From Geotalea uraniireducens Rf4 (GTDB lineage: Bacteria; Desulfobacterota; Desulfuromonadia; Geobacterales; Geobacteraceae), in the NCBI RefSeq assembly GCF_000016745.1, contig NC_009483.1:2040001-2072000 (forward strand): a stretch of DNA of 32,000 nt, in the 5' to 3' direction. Position 1 is the stretch's first letter. Each line of letters starts with the position of its first letter. Both the position numbers and the translations under genes were made by a program. Shown here in pieces: positions 15,245 to 24,866 of this stretch. The notes under the pieces were generated by a model. The model made no database searches. It saw nothing but the letters and a program-made list of their open reading frames with translations, and was not told the DNA's origin.

Positions 15245-15460
15245 TTAATTGCCGCTATTCGTCAGTTTTGCCTTCCGCCTTTCCTTGTCCTGGTACTTGT
15301 CATAGCTAAGGCCATCCTCCCGTATTCTGTCAACGCCGATTTTTACCCATTTGTCCGTGCGGCAGAATTCGGTGATATTCCCCGTACGTATCAGGTATTC
15401 CAGGCAATAATCTTCAACAATGTCATAGCTTTCGTCGTCGTAGCGTACCATTACCTTCAT
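15245..15460 (-). CDS. small hypothetical protein (71 aa)
   Basis: ORF with a GAGGAGAT SD upstream (comp. of ATCTCCTC at about 15464-15471). Charged, non-membrane sequence MKVMVRYDDESYDIVEDYCLEYLIRTGNITEFCRTDKWVKIGVDRIRE. I cannot assign a function. Confidence 0.55.
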   Translation of the reverse strand: MKVMVRYDDESYDIVEDYCLEYLIRTGNITEFCRTDKWVKIGVDRIREDGLSYDKYQDKERRKAKLTNSGN

Positions 15461-15751
15461 GTTATCTCCTCGACAAGCATGTAAGTCCGTAGGCGTTTTA
15501 ATGAACCGTCAACGTACCTATCGTACGCATTCAAAAAAAACTTTAATTTAAAATGCAATTATTTATGATTGGGTGAAAAAAAGTTTGTTTAGAAATGGGT
15601 TGTGGATTGGATTGGATGATTGGGGCTTTGACAGTTAAGGCTACAGCGTCGAAAATATTGACTGTGTAACAGGCACTGACTGAAATGAACGGGATCAGGC
15701 CGTAAGCCTTGAATTACATTGGCTCAAAGAATAGCATCAATCATATTTACT

Positions 15752-17086
15752 CAGTAACTTCCGGTTAGGTTTTTGCACGACGTTTCTTACGTTTCAACTG
15801 TCTAATTTTGTTTGAGTTACCTTGTATTCTTGTGCGACGGCTCTGCTGTTCGGCTGCTGCTTCATTTGCAATCTGATTGCGTAATTCTCGTACCCTGCTA
15901 ATGCTGACTGGCTCCTGGTGCTGCTCACGGCAATAGATGGCTAGCAGCAGATAGGTGATGAGACCACCAAGTATTTGAACCATGAGACCATATTCGCTTC
16001 TGGCAATCAGGTGATACACCTTTAGGTGGCGTTTCCACCAACCGAAGAAGGTCTCTATGTTCCAGCGCAGTTTATAAACCTGGGCCACTTCTTCAGCCGT
16101 CAGGTCGTATCTGTTGGTTGCTACCCAGTAGTCCTTGCCGTCAATACGGTAACCAACAAGGCGCAGCTCTTTCTCAGTCTGGTTTATACCTTTGGTGCCG
16201 AGAAGTACTATCTGGTCATAGAAGACAATACTGTCAGGATTTACGGCATTCTCTCTGATGACGGTTTTGTGTGTATTCTCCCTGATACGGCAGACAAAAA
16301 ACTTCTCGGCGGCCTGCCACTGGTCAAAGTGATTATGAGACTGATACCCACGATCCATGACACCGGTTTCGCCTTTGTCGATGATCTTATCAACAAAGGG
16401 GCGCTCACCCTCTTTACCGTCGGTCAGGAATATCTTCCTTGGAATACCACGGTTGATATCGAAGCCGATATGGGCCTTGGCCTTCTTAGAGCCGCTTCGG
16501 TAATCTGCCCATTCCATAGATAGAACAGCATCTATCAAAGAACCGTCTATGGATACCAGATTGCCAAGGTGAGCATATTCATCGGGAAGCACTCTGCCTG
16601 CTTGCTTGACAAGATGCCCGAATACCTCGGAAAGCTGTTCAAGACCACGGTTGTTGATTGCCTCAAAGAAAGAGCTCTTTTTGATTCCCTTGGGGGGAGC
16701 AACACATTCCTTGGCGAAGTCATCCTGATCCAGCGCCTGGAGAAGTTCGCTCCCGGAAGAGAACTCTTCCAAGTGATAAAAGATCAGGGCTTTTAGCTGA
16801 TCATCGAAAGTCATTTGCAACGGGCGATACCCCCTGGATTCAAGTTCATTATCTGACTTGAATCTCTCAAAAATCGGGGTAAGAAGCAATTTGAAAGCGC
16901 GTGATTTTCGTCTTTGTTTCAGTCGTTTGAACGGTCGCATATCGTAACTCCTGTAATATTGGATAGTTACGAGTGCGGACCACCGTTTTTTTACTCAAAG
17001 TCAAGCAAATAATGCGGTATAACGCTGATTTTACAACTTTTTTACATTCTCAAAGAACCTTGCAAAGACCAAACCGGACAATGCTG
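15752..17086 (-). mobile_element. IS4-family insertion sequence, 1335 bp
   Basis: Imperfect 29-bp terminal inverted repeats: CAGTAACTTCCGGTTAGGTTTTTGCACGA (15752-15780) versus the reverse complement of 17058-17086, CAGCATTGTCCGGTTTGGTCTTTGCAAGG (21/29 identical). Flanked by a perfect 9-bp direct repeat ATATTTACT (15743-15751 and 17087-17095). Confidence 0.8.
15765..16940 (-). CDS. IS4-family DDE transposase
   Basis: 391-aa ORF with VMDRGY ... DGKDYWVATNRYDLTAEEVAQVYKLRWNIETFFGWWKRHLK, the Y-x2-R-x3-E-x6-K signature of IS4-type transposases. Confidence 0.88.
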   Translation of the reverse strand: MRPFKRLKQRRKSRAFKLLLTPIFERFKSDNELESRGYRPLQMTFDDQLKALIFYHLEEFSSGSELLQALDQDDFAKECVAPPKGIKKSSFFEAINNRGLEQLSEVFGHLVKQAGRVLPDEYAHLGNLVSIDGSLIDAVLSMEWADYRSGSKKAKAHIGFDINRGIPRKIFLTDGKEGERPFVDKIIDKGETGVMDRGYQSHNHFDQWQAAEKFFVCRIRENTHKTVIRENAVNPDSIVFYDQIVLLGTKGINQTEKELRLVGYRIDGKDYWVATNRYDLTAEEVAQVYKLRWNIETFFGWWKRHLKVYHLIARSEYGLMVQILGGLITYLLLAIYCREQHQEPVSISRVRELRNQIANEAAAEQQSRRTRIQGNSNKIRQLKRKKRRAKT

Positions 17087-17144
17087 ATATTTACTTCGTT
17101 ATTTTCTGGTTTCTGTGGTAGAAATTGTCGCGGAATCTCATTCA

Positions 17145-17156
17145 ATCAAATTTGAT
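17145..17156. repeat. copy 3 of the motif, here the perfect 12-bp palindrome ATCAAATTTGAT
   Basis: Read directly from the sequence, 63 nt upstream of the greB ATG. Confidence 0.5.
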
Positions 17157-17218
17157 CCGGCTCGCCTGCAATTATTTTAGCGGACAATTGTCTGTCAGAA
17201 AACCACAAGGAAAATGTC

Positions 17219-17731
17219 ATGGTGAAAAAAATGGGCGCAGAAGAACCACGCTCTAATTATATAACCCCTGAAGGGGCAAAATGTCTGCGTGATGAACTGG
17301 ATTACCTCTGGAAGGTGGAGCGTCCTCGCGTGACCCAGGCCGTTTCAGATGCTGCGGCAGAAGGGGACCGTTCGGAGAATGCCGAGTACATTTACGGCAA
17401 AAAGCGCCTGCGCGAGATTGACCGTCGTGTCCGATTCCTCATCAAGCGGCTTGATGCGCTGACTGTTGTGAATAATCAGCCGGAACGGCAGGGGAAGATA
17501 TTCTTCGGTGCCTGGGTGCGCCTGGAAACAGAAGATGGCGACGAGGTGGTGTACCGGATAGTGGGACCCGATGAATTTGACGTGGCCAAGGGATTCATCA
17601 GCATGGATTCTCCCGTGGGACGAGCCCTCCTCGGCAAACAGGAAGGGGATGAGGTGGTGGTACGACGCCCGGCGGGTGCTACGACCTTCACTGTTCTTGA
17701 TATAAGCTACCGGCCGTTTGCAACGGATTAG
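17219..17731 (+). CDS. greB: transcription elongation (cleavage) factor GreB
   Basis: 170 aa. ITPEGAKCLRDELDYLWKVERPRVTQAVSDAAAEGDRSENAEYIYGKKRLREIDRRVRFL and GKIFFGAWV...ISMDSPVGRALLGK align closely with E. coli GreB as I recall it. Confidence 0.88.
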   Translation: MVKKMGAEEPRSNYITPEGAKCLRDELDYLWKVERPRVTQAVSDAAAEGDRSENAEYIYGKKRLREIDRRVRFLIKRLDALTVVNNQPERQGKIFFGAWVRLETEDGDEVVYRIVGPDEFDVAKGFISMDSPVGRALLGKQEGDEVVVRRPAGATTFTVLDISYRPFATD

Positions 17732-17790
17732 AACGGAAATGGCAACGGATGAATGCGTCAAGCTATGGGTAATTACTGAGGAGAGACAAC

Positions 17791-18360
17791 GTGACACCTG
17801 AGCAGTTCATACGGGCTGGCCGGCTTGCTGTCGTCAACGCCGTCATCACCATTCCGCTCTTTCTCCTCTCGATCATGCTCGGTTTGCAGAGCGATTACGG
17901 GGCGCGGGCGCTCCAAACGATGCTGATGGTGGCCTCGACGCTTCTTTTTGTCTATATCCTTCTGGCGCTCAAGGAATTCATCAACAGCCGCCATGGTTTC
18001 CACGATACGGATATCCTTATCAAGATCCAGATATGGGCCAATATTGCCCTGACCGTTTTCAGCATGCTCGGCCTCCTCAGCCGGACGCTCCAGGAGGCGG
18101 GGGGGATGTTTGCCCTCTTCCTCATCGTTCCGCTCGGCATCGCCCAAGCCGTCTTCGGTTACAGGCTGCTCCGTTTGCCGGACAAACTCCACGGCAGGCT
18201 CAAGCCCTTTTGCTACCTGTCGATAGCTACCGGCTTTTGCTTTGCGGTTGTCGTCCTGATCCCGCTGGGGCTTATCACCAGCGCAGCGGCGGATGTTTTA
18301 CTGGGGTTGATTTTAATTCGGGCGGGTGGAGAACCACTCTGTCAAAGCCGGGGAGCGTAA
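17791..18360 (+). CDS. hypothetical polytopic membrane protein
   Basis: 189-aa ORF with a GTG start 7 nt after GAGGAG. It has 5-6 hydrophobic segments and no recognisable motif. Confidence 0.6.
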   Translation: MTPEQFIRAGRLAVVNAVITIPLFLLSIMLGLQSDYGARALQTMLMVASTLLFVYILLALKEFINSRHGFHDTDILIKIQIWANIALTVFSMLGLLSRTLQEAGGMFALFLIVPLGIAQAVFGYRLLRLPDKLHGRLKPFCYLSIATGFCFAVVVLIPLGLITSAAADVLLGLILIRAGGEPLCQSRGA

Positions 18361-18365
18361 ACGGA

Positions 18366-18404
18366 AAAGCCCGGAAGTGATATTACTTCCGGGCTTTTAT
18401 TTTA
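18366..18404 (+). terminator. rho-independent terminator
   Basis: AAAGCCCGGAAGT-gatatt-ACTTCCGGGCTTTTATTTTA, immediately after the 18360 stop. Confidence 0.85.
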
Positions 18405-18761
18405 TGGTGTTACATCGAGGCTCTTTATTCTAATCCGTCGGTGGAAATTTCCCGAGCTTCAGTCGCATGCTCCTTGGAGGGCCATGCAACCGGGTATCCG
18501 CTCCGTTTCCCCTTTTTCCAGAGGTTTGTACGCTCATGACGGATGAAGTATGAACAGCTTATTCAGCGTTGTCTCATGTAGCACCACTTTCTTATTTTCA
18601 GAGAACTTCTTCTTTTGATTATATAATACGCTTATGAGGGGCATATGTCAAAGCGATGCCCACTGTAATCCATTGTCTGGAACGGCTTTACGGCGTGAAA
18701 TAAACTGGAGTTTTTCTGATGTCGTGATTTCTGAATTTTTCCTCCGATTTCTCTGACTGCG

Positions 18762-18812
18762 ACAAAAAAGAGCGGGTGGAAGTATCGTATCGATACTTCC
18801 ACCCGCTCTTTT
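18762..18812 (-). terminator. rho-independent terminator of eno (usable in both directions)
   Basis: 19-bp stem AGAGCGGGTGGAAGTATCG / CGATACTTCCACCCGCTCT with a 3-nt loop. An A6 tract flanks it on the + strand (T6 on the eno strand). Confidence 0.8.
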
Positions 18813-18854
18813 CATTGCGGCTAATGAACGGCGCACCTTATTGCCATGGTGCGT

Positions 18855-20156
<1,302 letters not shown>

Positions 20157-20272
20157 TCATTGATAGTGGACAGGCTTCGTTGCCTGCAATAACAAACAAG
20201 ACTATATATCACACTTTCACATAAATGGAAGCAGTTTTGTAAATGTTCGTTAACGCTGAAAAATGGTTTAAG

Positions 20273-20301
20273 TTGACAGTATGCGGGGATAGGGATATAT
20301 T
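20273..20301 (+). promoter_or_regulatory. sigma70-type promoter candidate for the pgpH-like operon
   Basis: TTGACA (20273-20278), a 17-nt spacer, then TATATT (20296-20301), about 115 nt upstream of the first candidate start. Confidence 0.55.
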
Positions 20302-20414
20302 AAACGCTTGTCTATGACCTGTTTACCGCAAAAAATCTTAACGGAACAGGCTACGTTTCTCATGGGAAACTAACTGTAACAAGGCTGTCGTCGCTCAACC
20401 TTTAATAAGGTGGG

Positions 20415-22838
20415 GTGCCGATCACGGGAATAACACTCAGAATGCCCACTGAAAGCGGCGATAACGAAAAACAAATTAAAGGTTCGCTTGTATTGCTTGG
20501 CGAAACCTGCCTGGACTCATTACTGGAGAGGTTTTCCGGTGCGAAGCACGAAAAACGGAACCGCTTCATTCTCCTCTTTTTTACCGCATTTTTCCTTACC
20601 CTACTGATTATTCCCAGCAGTCAGTTCAACGTTGTTAAATATAAGGCCGGCGATATCGCAACGTCGGATATCAGGGCCACCCAGGACTATCTTCTGGAGG
20701 ACCGCCCCCTTACCGAGAAGAAGCGTTCCGAGGCCGGTAATGCTGCTCCCTTCGTCTATAATTTTAATGCCGGTGCCCCGCTAGACGTTACCCGGCGTTT
20801 CGAGAAGTCAATGGCCCTGGTCCGCGAGGCGCGGGAGGGTGACAAAGAAATGTCCGGCGATACTCTCCTGCGGAATCTCGACGGCGCTTTGCAGTTGGAC
20901 CTTTCTGCCGCCGAGGCGGCAACCCTCGCCAGGATAAAGTCGGACCAGGTGCTGTTGGCCGAGATAAGCCGTGTCACCGCGGCCCTTTACCGGCAGAAGG
21001 TAGTCGCCGATAAAAAGGGGTTTACTGCCGACCGGAACCACGGTCTACTCGTTACCGACCTGGAAACAAAACGTGAGGTTGCTGCCGGCGATTACTCCCT
21101 CTATGTGGATCTGGTTGATGGACGGAAGGCCCTTGCCGGGATGAAGATCGCCATTGGCGCTTCCCCCCGCGATGTGGAGGTCATAAAGGGGGTGCTGTCC
21201 AGGATGATAGCCCCCAGTCTTACCTTCGACCGTGAGGCGACTGATCAATTGAGGCATGAAGCGAAAGCTGCCGTGCGTCCCGTCCTGTTCCAGTTGAAGA
21301 GGGGGGAGATGATTGTCCGGGTGGGCGAGCGGATTACCCAGGAACAGGCGATGAAGCTGGAGAATATCTTCGAGTCCCGTGGCATTAACCGGTTCTTCAT
21401 GGGGGTCGGCATACTGGGGCTGGTGCTGGTGCTTTTCTACTTTCCGTACCGTTTCGCCCGCAAGAACATCCGCAAGTTCGACCCTTCCAATAAGGACATA
21501 CTGCTCCTTACCTTGCTGACCATAGGCAACTTTCTGTTACTGAAGATAACATTTGCCGTATCTACTGCGATGGGGGGGCTCTTCCCCTTTATTGACACCG
21601 CCGACTATTACTACCTTTTTCCTTTTGCAGCCAGTGCCATCATCGTGCGCATTATTATCAATTCCGAGGTGGCCCTCGTTTATTGCGCCATTTGCGCGCC
21701 GCTCCTGGGGATGATGTTCAACAACAGCCTTCAGGTGGTCGTTTACGCCCTCCTGGGGGGAATCGTCGGGGCACACGGCGTTCGTCAGTGCAAGGAGAGA
21801 GGGGCCATTTATACGGCCGGCTTGAAGGTGAGCGTGGTGAATGTTGCCATGGCGGTTTCTTTCCAGTTTTTCAGTGACAATGCCTTTACCATGCAGACCG
21901 TTTACTGCGTGGTTTTTGCCTTGGTCGGGGGTATTATCAACGCTGCCTATGCCACCGGCGCCATTCCCCTGATCGAGACCCTGTTCCACTATACCACCGA
22001 CATCAAGCTGCTGGAACTGGCCAACCTCAATACTCCCATTCTCAGGGAGCTCATGATCCGTGCACCCGGTACTTACCATCACAGCGTGGTGGTGGGAAAT
22101 CTGGTTGAGGCCGGTGCCGAGGCGATCAATGCCAATCCCCTTCTGGCAAGGGTAGCTGCCTACTATCACGATGTGGGGAAGATCAGCAAGCCCCTCTACT
22201 TCATCGAAAACGTCGGAGGTGGTGAAAACCGCCACGACAAGCTTTCTCCGAGCATGAGTGCCCTGATCCTCATCTCCCATGTCAAGGAAGGGGCGGAACT
22301 GGCCAGGGAGAACCGCCTTGGCCAGCCGATCATAGATATTATCCGTCAGTCCCACGGTACGTCGCTCATCACCTTTTTTTATCAGAAAGCCAAGAGCCTT
22401 GTGATCTCGGATGCGCAGGGGGTGGAAGAGAAGGATTTCCGCTATCCCGGCCCCAAGCCGCAGACCCGTGAAGCGGGACTGGTCCTTTTAGCCGACTGTG
22501 TCGAGGCAGCCTCCAGGACCTTGACTGATCCGACCCCCGCTCGCATCCAGGGGATGGTGCAGAAGATCATCAACAACATCTTCATCGACGGCCAACTGGA
22601 TGAGTGCGAGCTGACCCTGAAAAATCTCCATGAAATTGCCAAGAGCTTTAACCGGATACTTGCCGGCATCTATCATCACCGTATAGATTACCCCGAACCG
22701 GTTTTCAAAGACAAGGGTAGCGGAGGAAAGAAAAACCTTGAAAATAGCTATAGCGAACCGGCAAAGACGCTGGCCGATCGAGGCGAAGAAACTAAGAAAA
22801 GTGGCGGAGAAGATCTTAAGCGCCTTGGAATGTCCTGA
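20415..22838 (+). CDS. 7TM receptor with intracellular HD-domain phosphohydrolase (PgpH/YqfF-like)
   Basis: 807-aa ORF. Extracellular N-terminal part, a block of about 7 TM segments, then HHSVVVGNLVEAGAEAI...AAYYHDVGK...SHVKEG (HD domain). The start is uncertain (GTG 20415 or ATG 20442). Synteny with ybeY-dgkA matches the Bacillus yqfF-ybeY-dgkA order. Confidence 0.8.
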   Translation: MPITGITLRMPTESGDNEKQIKGSLVLLGETCLDSLLERFSGAKHEKRNRFILLFFTAFFLTLLIIPSSQFNVVKYKAGDIATSDIRATQDYLLEDRPLTEKKRSEAGNAAPFVYNFNAGAPLDVTRRFEKSMALVREAREGDKEMSGDTLLRNLDGALQLDLSAAEAATLARIKSDQVLLAEISRVTAALYRQKVVADKKGFTADRNHGLLVTDLETKREVAAGDYSLYVDLVDGRKALAGMKIAIGASPRDVEVIKGVLSRMIAPSLTFDREATDQLRHEAKAAVRPVLFQLKRGEMIVRVGERITQEQAMKLENIFESRGINRFFMGVGILGLVLVLFYFPYRFARKNIRKFDPSNKDILLLTLLTIGNFLLLKITFAVSTAMGGLFPFIDTADYYYLFPFAASAIIVRIIINSEVALVYCAICAPLLGMMFNNSLQVVVYALLGGIVGAHGVRQCKERGAIYTAGLKVSVVNVAMAVSFQFFSDNAFTMQTVYCVVFALVGGIINAAYATGAIPLIETLFHYTTDIKLLELANLNTPILRELMIRAPGTYHHSVVVGNLVEAGAEAINANPLLARVAAYYHDVGKISKPLYFIENVGGGENRHDKLSPSMSALILISHVKEGAELARENRLGQPIIDIIRQSHGTSLITFFYQKAKSLVISDAQGVEEKDFRYPGPKPQTREAGLVLLADCVEAASRTLTDPTPARIQGMVQKIINNIFIDGQLDECELTLKNLHEIAKSFNRILAGIYHHRIDYPEPVFKDKGSGGKKNLENSYSEPAKTLADRGEETKKSGGEDLKRLGMS

Positions 22839-23190
22839 CAGCGAATTGTCCCTCACCATTGTCGGCGACCGGAGCATCCGCCGCCTGAACAGGGACTACC
22901 TGGAACGGGACAAGCCGACCAATGTCATTTCGTTTGCCATGCAGGAAGGGCTTTTCGGCGAGCTGAACCCGGAAGTGCTGGGTGATGTGATCATCTCGGC
23001 CGACACCGCAGCCCGCGAGGCTGAAGAGGGTGGAATGCCCTTTTTTGCCCGACTTTCTTTCCTGTTGTTGCACGGTATCCTCCACATAACCGGATACGAC
23101 CATGAACGTAGCGGCGAGTCCGAGGCGAGGCGGATGGAGGCAAAGGCGCGGGAGATTTTCGGACTGTTGGAACGGGAAGGGCTTGTGTAA
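22738..23190 (+). CDS. ybeY: rRNA maturation endoribonuclease YbeY
   Basis: 150 aa with a TTG start. KPTNVISF and the zinc motif HGILHITGYDHE. It overlaps the upstream gene by 101 nt if the TTG is used. Confidence 0.85.
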   Translation: MKIAIANRQRRWPIEAKKLRKVAEKILSALECPDSELSLTIVGDRSIRRLNRDYLERDKPTNVISFAMQEGLFGELNPEVLGDVIISADTAAREAEEGGMPFFARLSFLLLHGILHITGYDHERSGESEARRMEAKAREIFGLLEREGLV

Positions 23191-23237
23191 GGGCGGATAC
23201 CAGGGCTGCCCATGCGAACACGAAATCGGGAAACCAT

Positions 23238-23945
23238 TTGAAACCGACGCGCTTTATAGATTCGGCCAACTGTGCCATTGAAGGGATACTCTATACGGCC
23301 AGGACCCAGAAGCACATGCGCAACCATTTTCTGGCGGCGCTGGTCCTGTTGATCGCCACCCTGTTTCTGCGGGTTTCCGCCCTGGAGTTTATTCTACTGG
23401 CCTTGTCGGTCTCTTTCGTTCTCTTTGCCGAGCTGATGAACACCGCCGTCGAGGTGGTGGTTGATCTGGTTTCTCCCGGTTATCACCCCCTGGCCAGGAT
23501 TGCCAAGGATACCGCTGCCGGTGCAGTGCTGGTGGCTGCCATCGGCACCGCGGTCATGGGCTACCTGATACTTTCCCGATACATTTTCCCTATTTACAAG
23601 GAGGTGCTCGGCATGATAGGAACGCCTACGGAGATGGGGACCCTGGTCTCGATACTGATGGTGGTGATTGTCGTGATCATTCTGAAGGCAAGAAGCGGCA
23701 AGGGAACTCCTCTTCAGGGAGGGCTTCCCAGCGGACATGCAGCGGTGGCCTTCTCCATTGCCACATCGGTTTCGTTGAACACCCAGGATCCGATGATTTC
23801 CCTGTTGACCATTGCCCTGGCAATTATGGTCAGCCATTCCCGTCTTCTTCTTAATATCCACTCCATGCGCGAAGTGGTGTTCGGGGCATTGACGGGGACC
23901 GGCATAACCTTGGCAATGCTGCTGCTTTTCAGGTTCGCCGGTTGA
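23238..23945 (+). CDS. dgkA: diacylglycerol/undecaprenol kinase (DgkA) fused to a PAP2-type phosphatase domain
   Basis: The N-terminal ~120 aa carry AELMNTAVEVVVD...ARIAKDTAAGAVL (DgkA). The C-terminal part carries KARSGKGTP...PSGH...SRLLLNIHSMRE (PAP2 motifs, with T for R and E for D). Confidence 0.75.
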   Translation: MKPTRFIDSANCAIEGILYTARTQKHMRNHFLAALVLLIATLFLRVSALEFILLALSVSFVLFAELMNTAVEVVVDLVSPGYHPLARIAKDTAAGAVLVAAIGTAVMGYLILSRYIFPIYKEVLGMIGTPTEMGTLVSILMVVIVVIILKARSGKGTPLQGGLPSGHAAVAFSIATSVSLNTQDPMISLLTIALAIMVSHSRLLLNIHSMREVVFGALTGTGITLAMLLLFRFAG

Positions 23946-24011
23946 CAGCGATGCGCAGGCGAGTTGTTGAGTTTGGCGATAATTTAATGAGATAATGGAG
24001 GGAACATATCC

Positions 24012-24866
24012 TTGGAAGGGGAGAATGGCAAGAAAAGTCCAAGTCTGCTTGACATTATAAGCCGATTTCTCTCGGGTCGCAAGCGTGTGACCGAGGAGGA
24101 AATCCAGGAGTTGATGGACGCCGGCGAGGAAGAGGGGCTGATCAACGAAGAAGAGAACCAGATGATCCGTTCCATCTTTGCCCTGGGTGATACCGTGGTC
24201 CGAGAGATCATGGTGCCCCGCACCGACATGGCTTGCGTAAGCGTTGATGCCGGAGTGAAAAATGTGCTCAATGCGATCATTGCCTGCGGTCATTCGCGCA
24301 TTCCGGTTTACGATGGAACCGTCGATAATATCATCGGTCTTATCTACGCGAAAGACCTGTTGAAATACTGGGGGATGGATGCTTCGGCCATCGTCCTGAG
24401 GAAGATCGTCCGTGCGCCTTACTTCATCCCCGAAAGCAAGAACCTGGAGGAACTCCTCCACGAATTCAAGAAAAAACGGGTGCACATCGCCATTGTCATC
24501 GATGAGTACGGCGGCACGTCCGGCCTGGTGACCATTGAAGACCTGCTGGAGCAGATCGTCGGTGATATTCAGGATGAATACGACCTGGAAGAGGATTGGC
24601 TGGTAATAGAGCCCGATGGCTCGGTTATTGTCGATGCACGGCTGCCGATTGAAGAGCTGGAAGAACATTTCGACATCGAGGTGGAGAGGGAAAAGTTCGA
24701 TACGGTGGGGGGGCTGATATTCCATCTCATAGGTCGGATTCCCGCAACAGGCGATGAGGTTGACAACGGCTCCATCCACATGACCGTTCTTGGCGCAGAT
24801 GAACGGCGCATCAGCAAGGTGAGAATCGTCAGAAAGAGTGCAACGGTTGAGGAGATGGAAGGTTAG
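24012..24866 (+). CDS. corC: CBS-pair / CorC_HlyC domain protein (CorC/YbeX-like)
   Basis: 284 aa with a TTG start. [27 protein letters not shown], two CBS repeats, [31 protein letters not shown], and a C-terminal transporter-associated domain. Confidence 0.85.
   Translation: MEGENGKKSPSLLDIISRFLSGRKRVTEEEIQELMDAGEEEGLINEEENQMIRSIFALGDTVVREIMVPRTDMACVSVDAGVKNVLNAIIACGHSRIPVYDGTVDNIIGLIYAKDLLKYWGMDASAIVLRKIVRAPYFIPESKNLEELLHEFKKKRVHIAIVIDEYGGTSGLVTIEDLLEQIVGDIQDEYDLEEDWLVIEPDGSVIVDARLPIEELEEHFDIEVEREKFDTVGGLIFHLIGRIPATGDEVDNGSIHMTVLGADERRISKVRIVRKSATVEEMEG

Noticed and set aside
15714-15731. TTACATT(GG)CTCAAAGAA left of the IS4 element, also present inside its right end (17042-17057)
   Set aside because: I first took it for the target duplication. 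The true ends are defined by the 29-bp inverted repeats and the perfect 9-bp ATATTTACT duplication. The 16-nt similarity is probably chance or a relic, and I cannot interpret it.
23394-24779. 461-aa minus-strand ORF, the longest unexplained ORF in the track
   Set aside because: It runs antisense across two well-supported genes (dgkA-PAP2 and corC) and the spacer between them. It has no recognisable motifs and is His/Gln/Asn/Gly-rich shadow-frame sequence.
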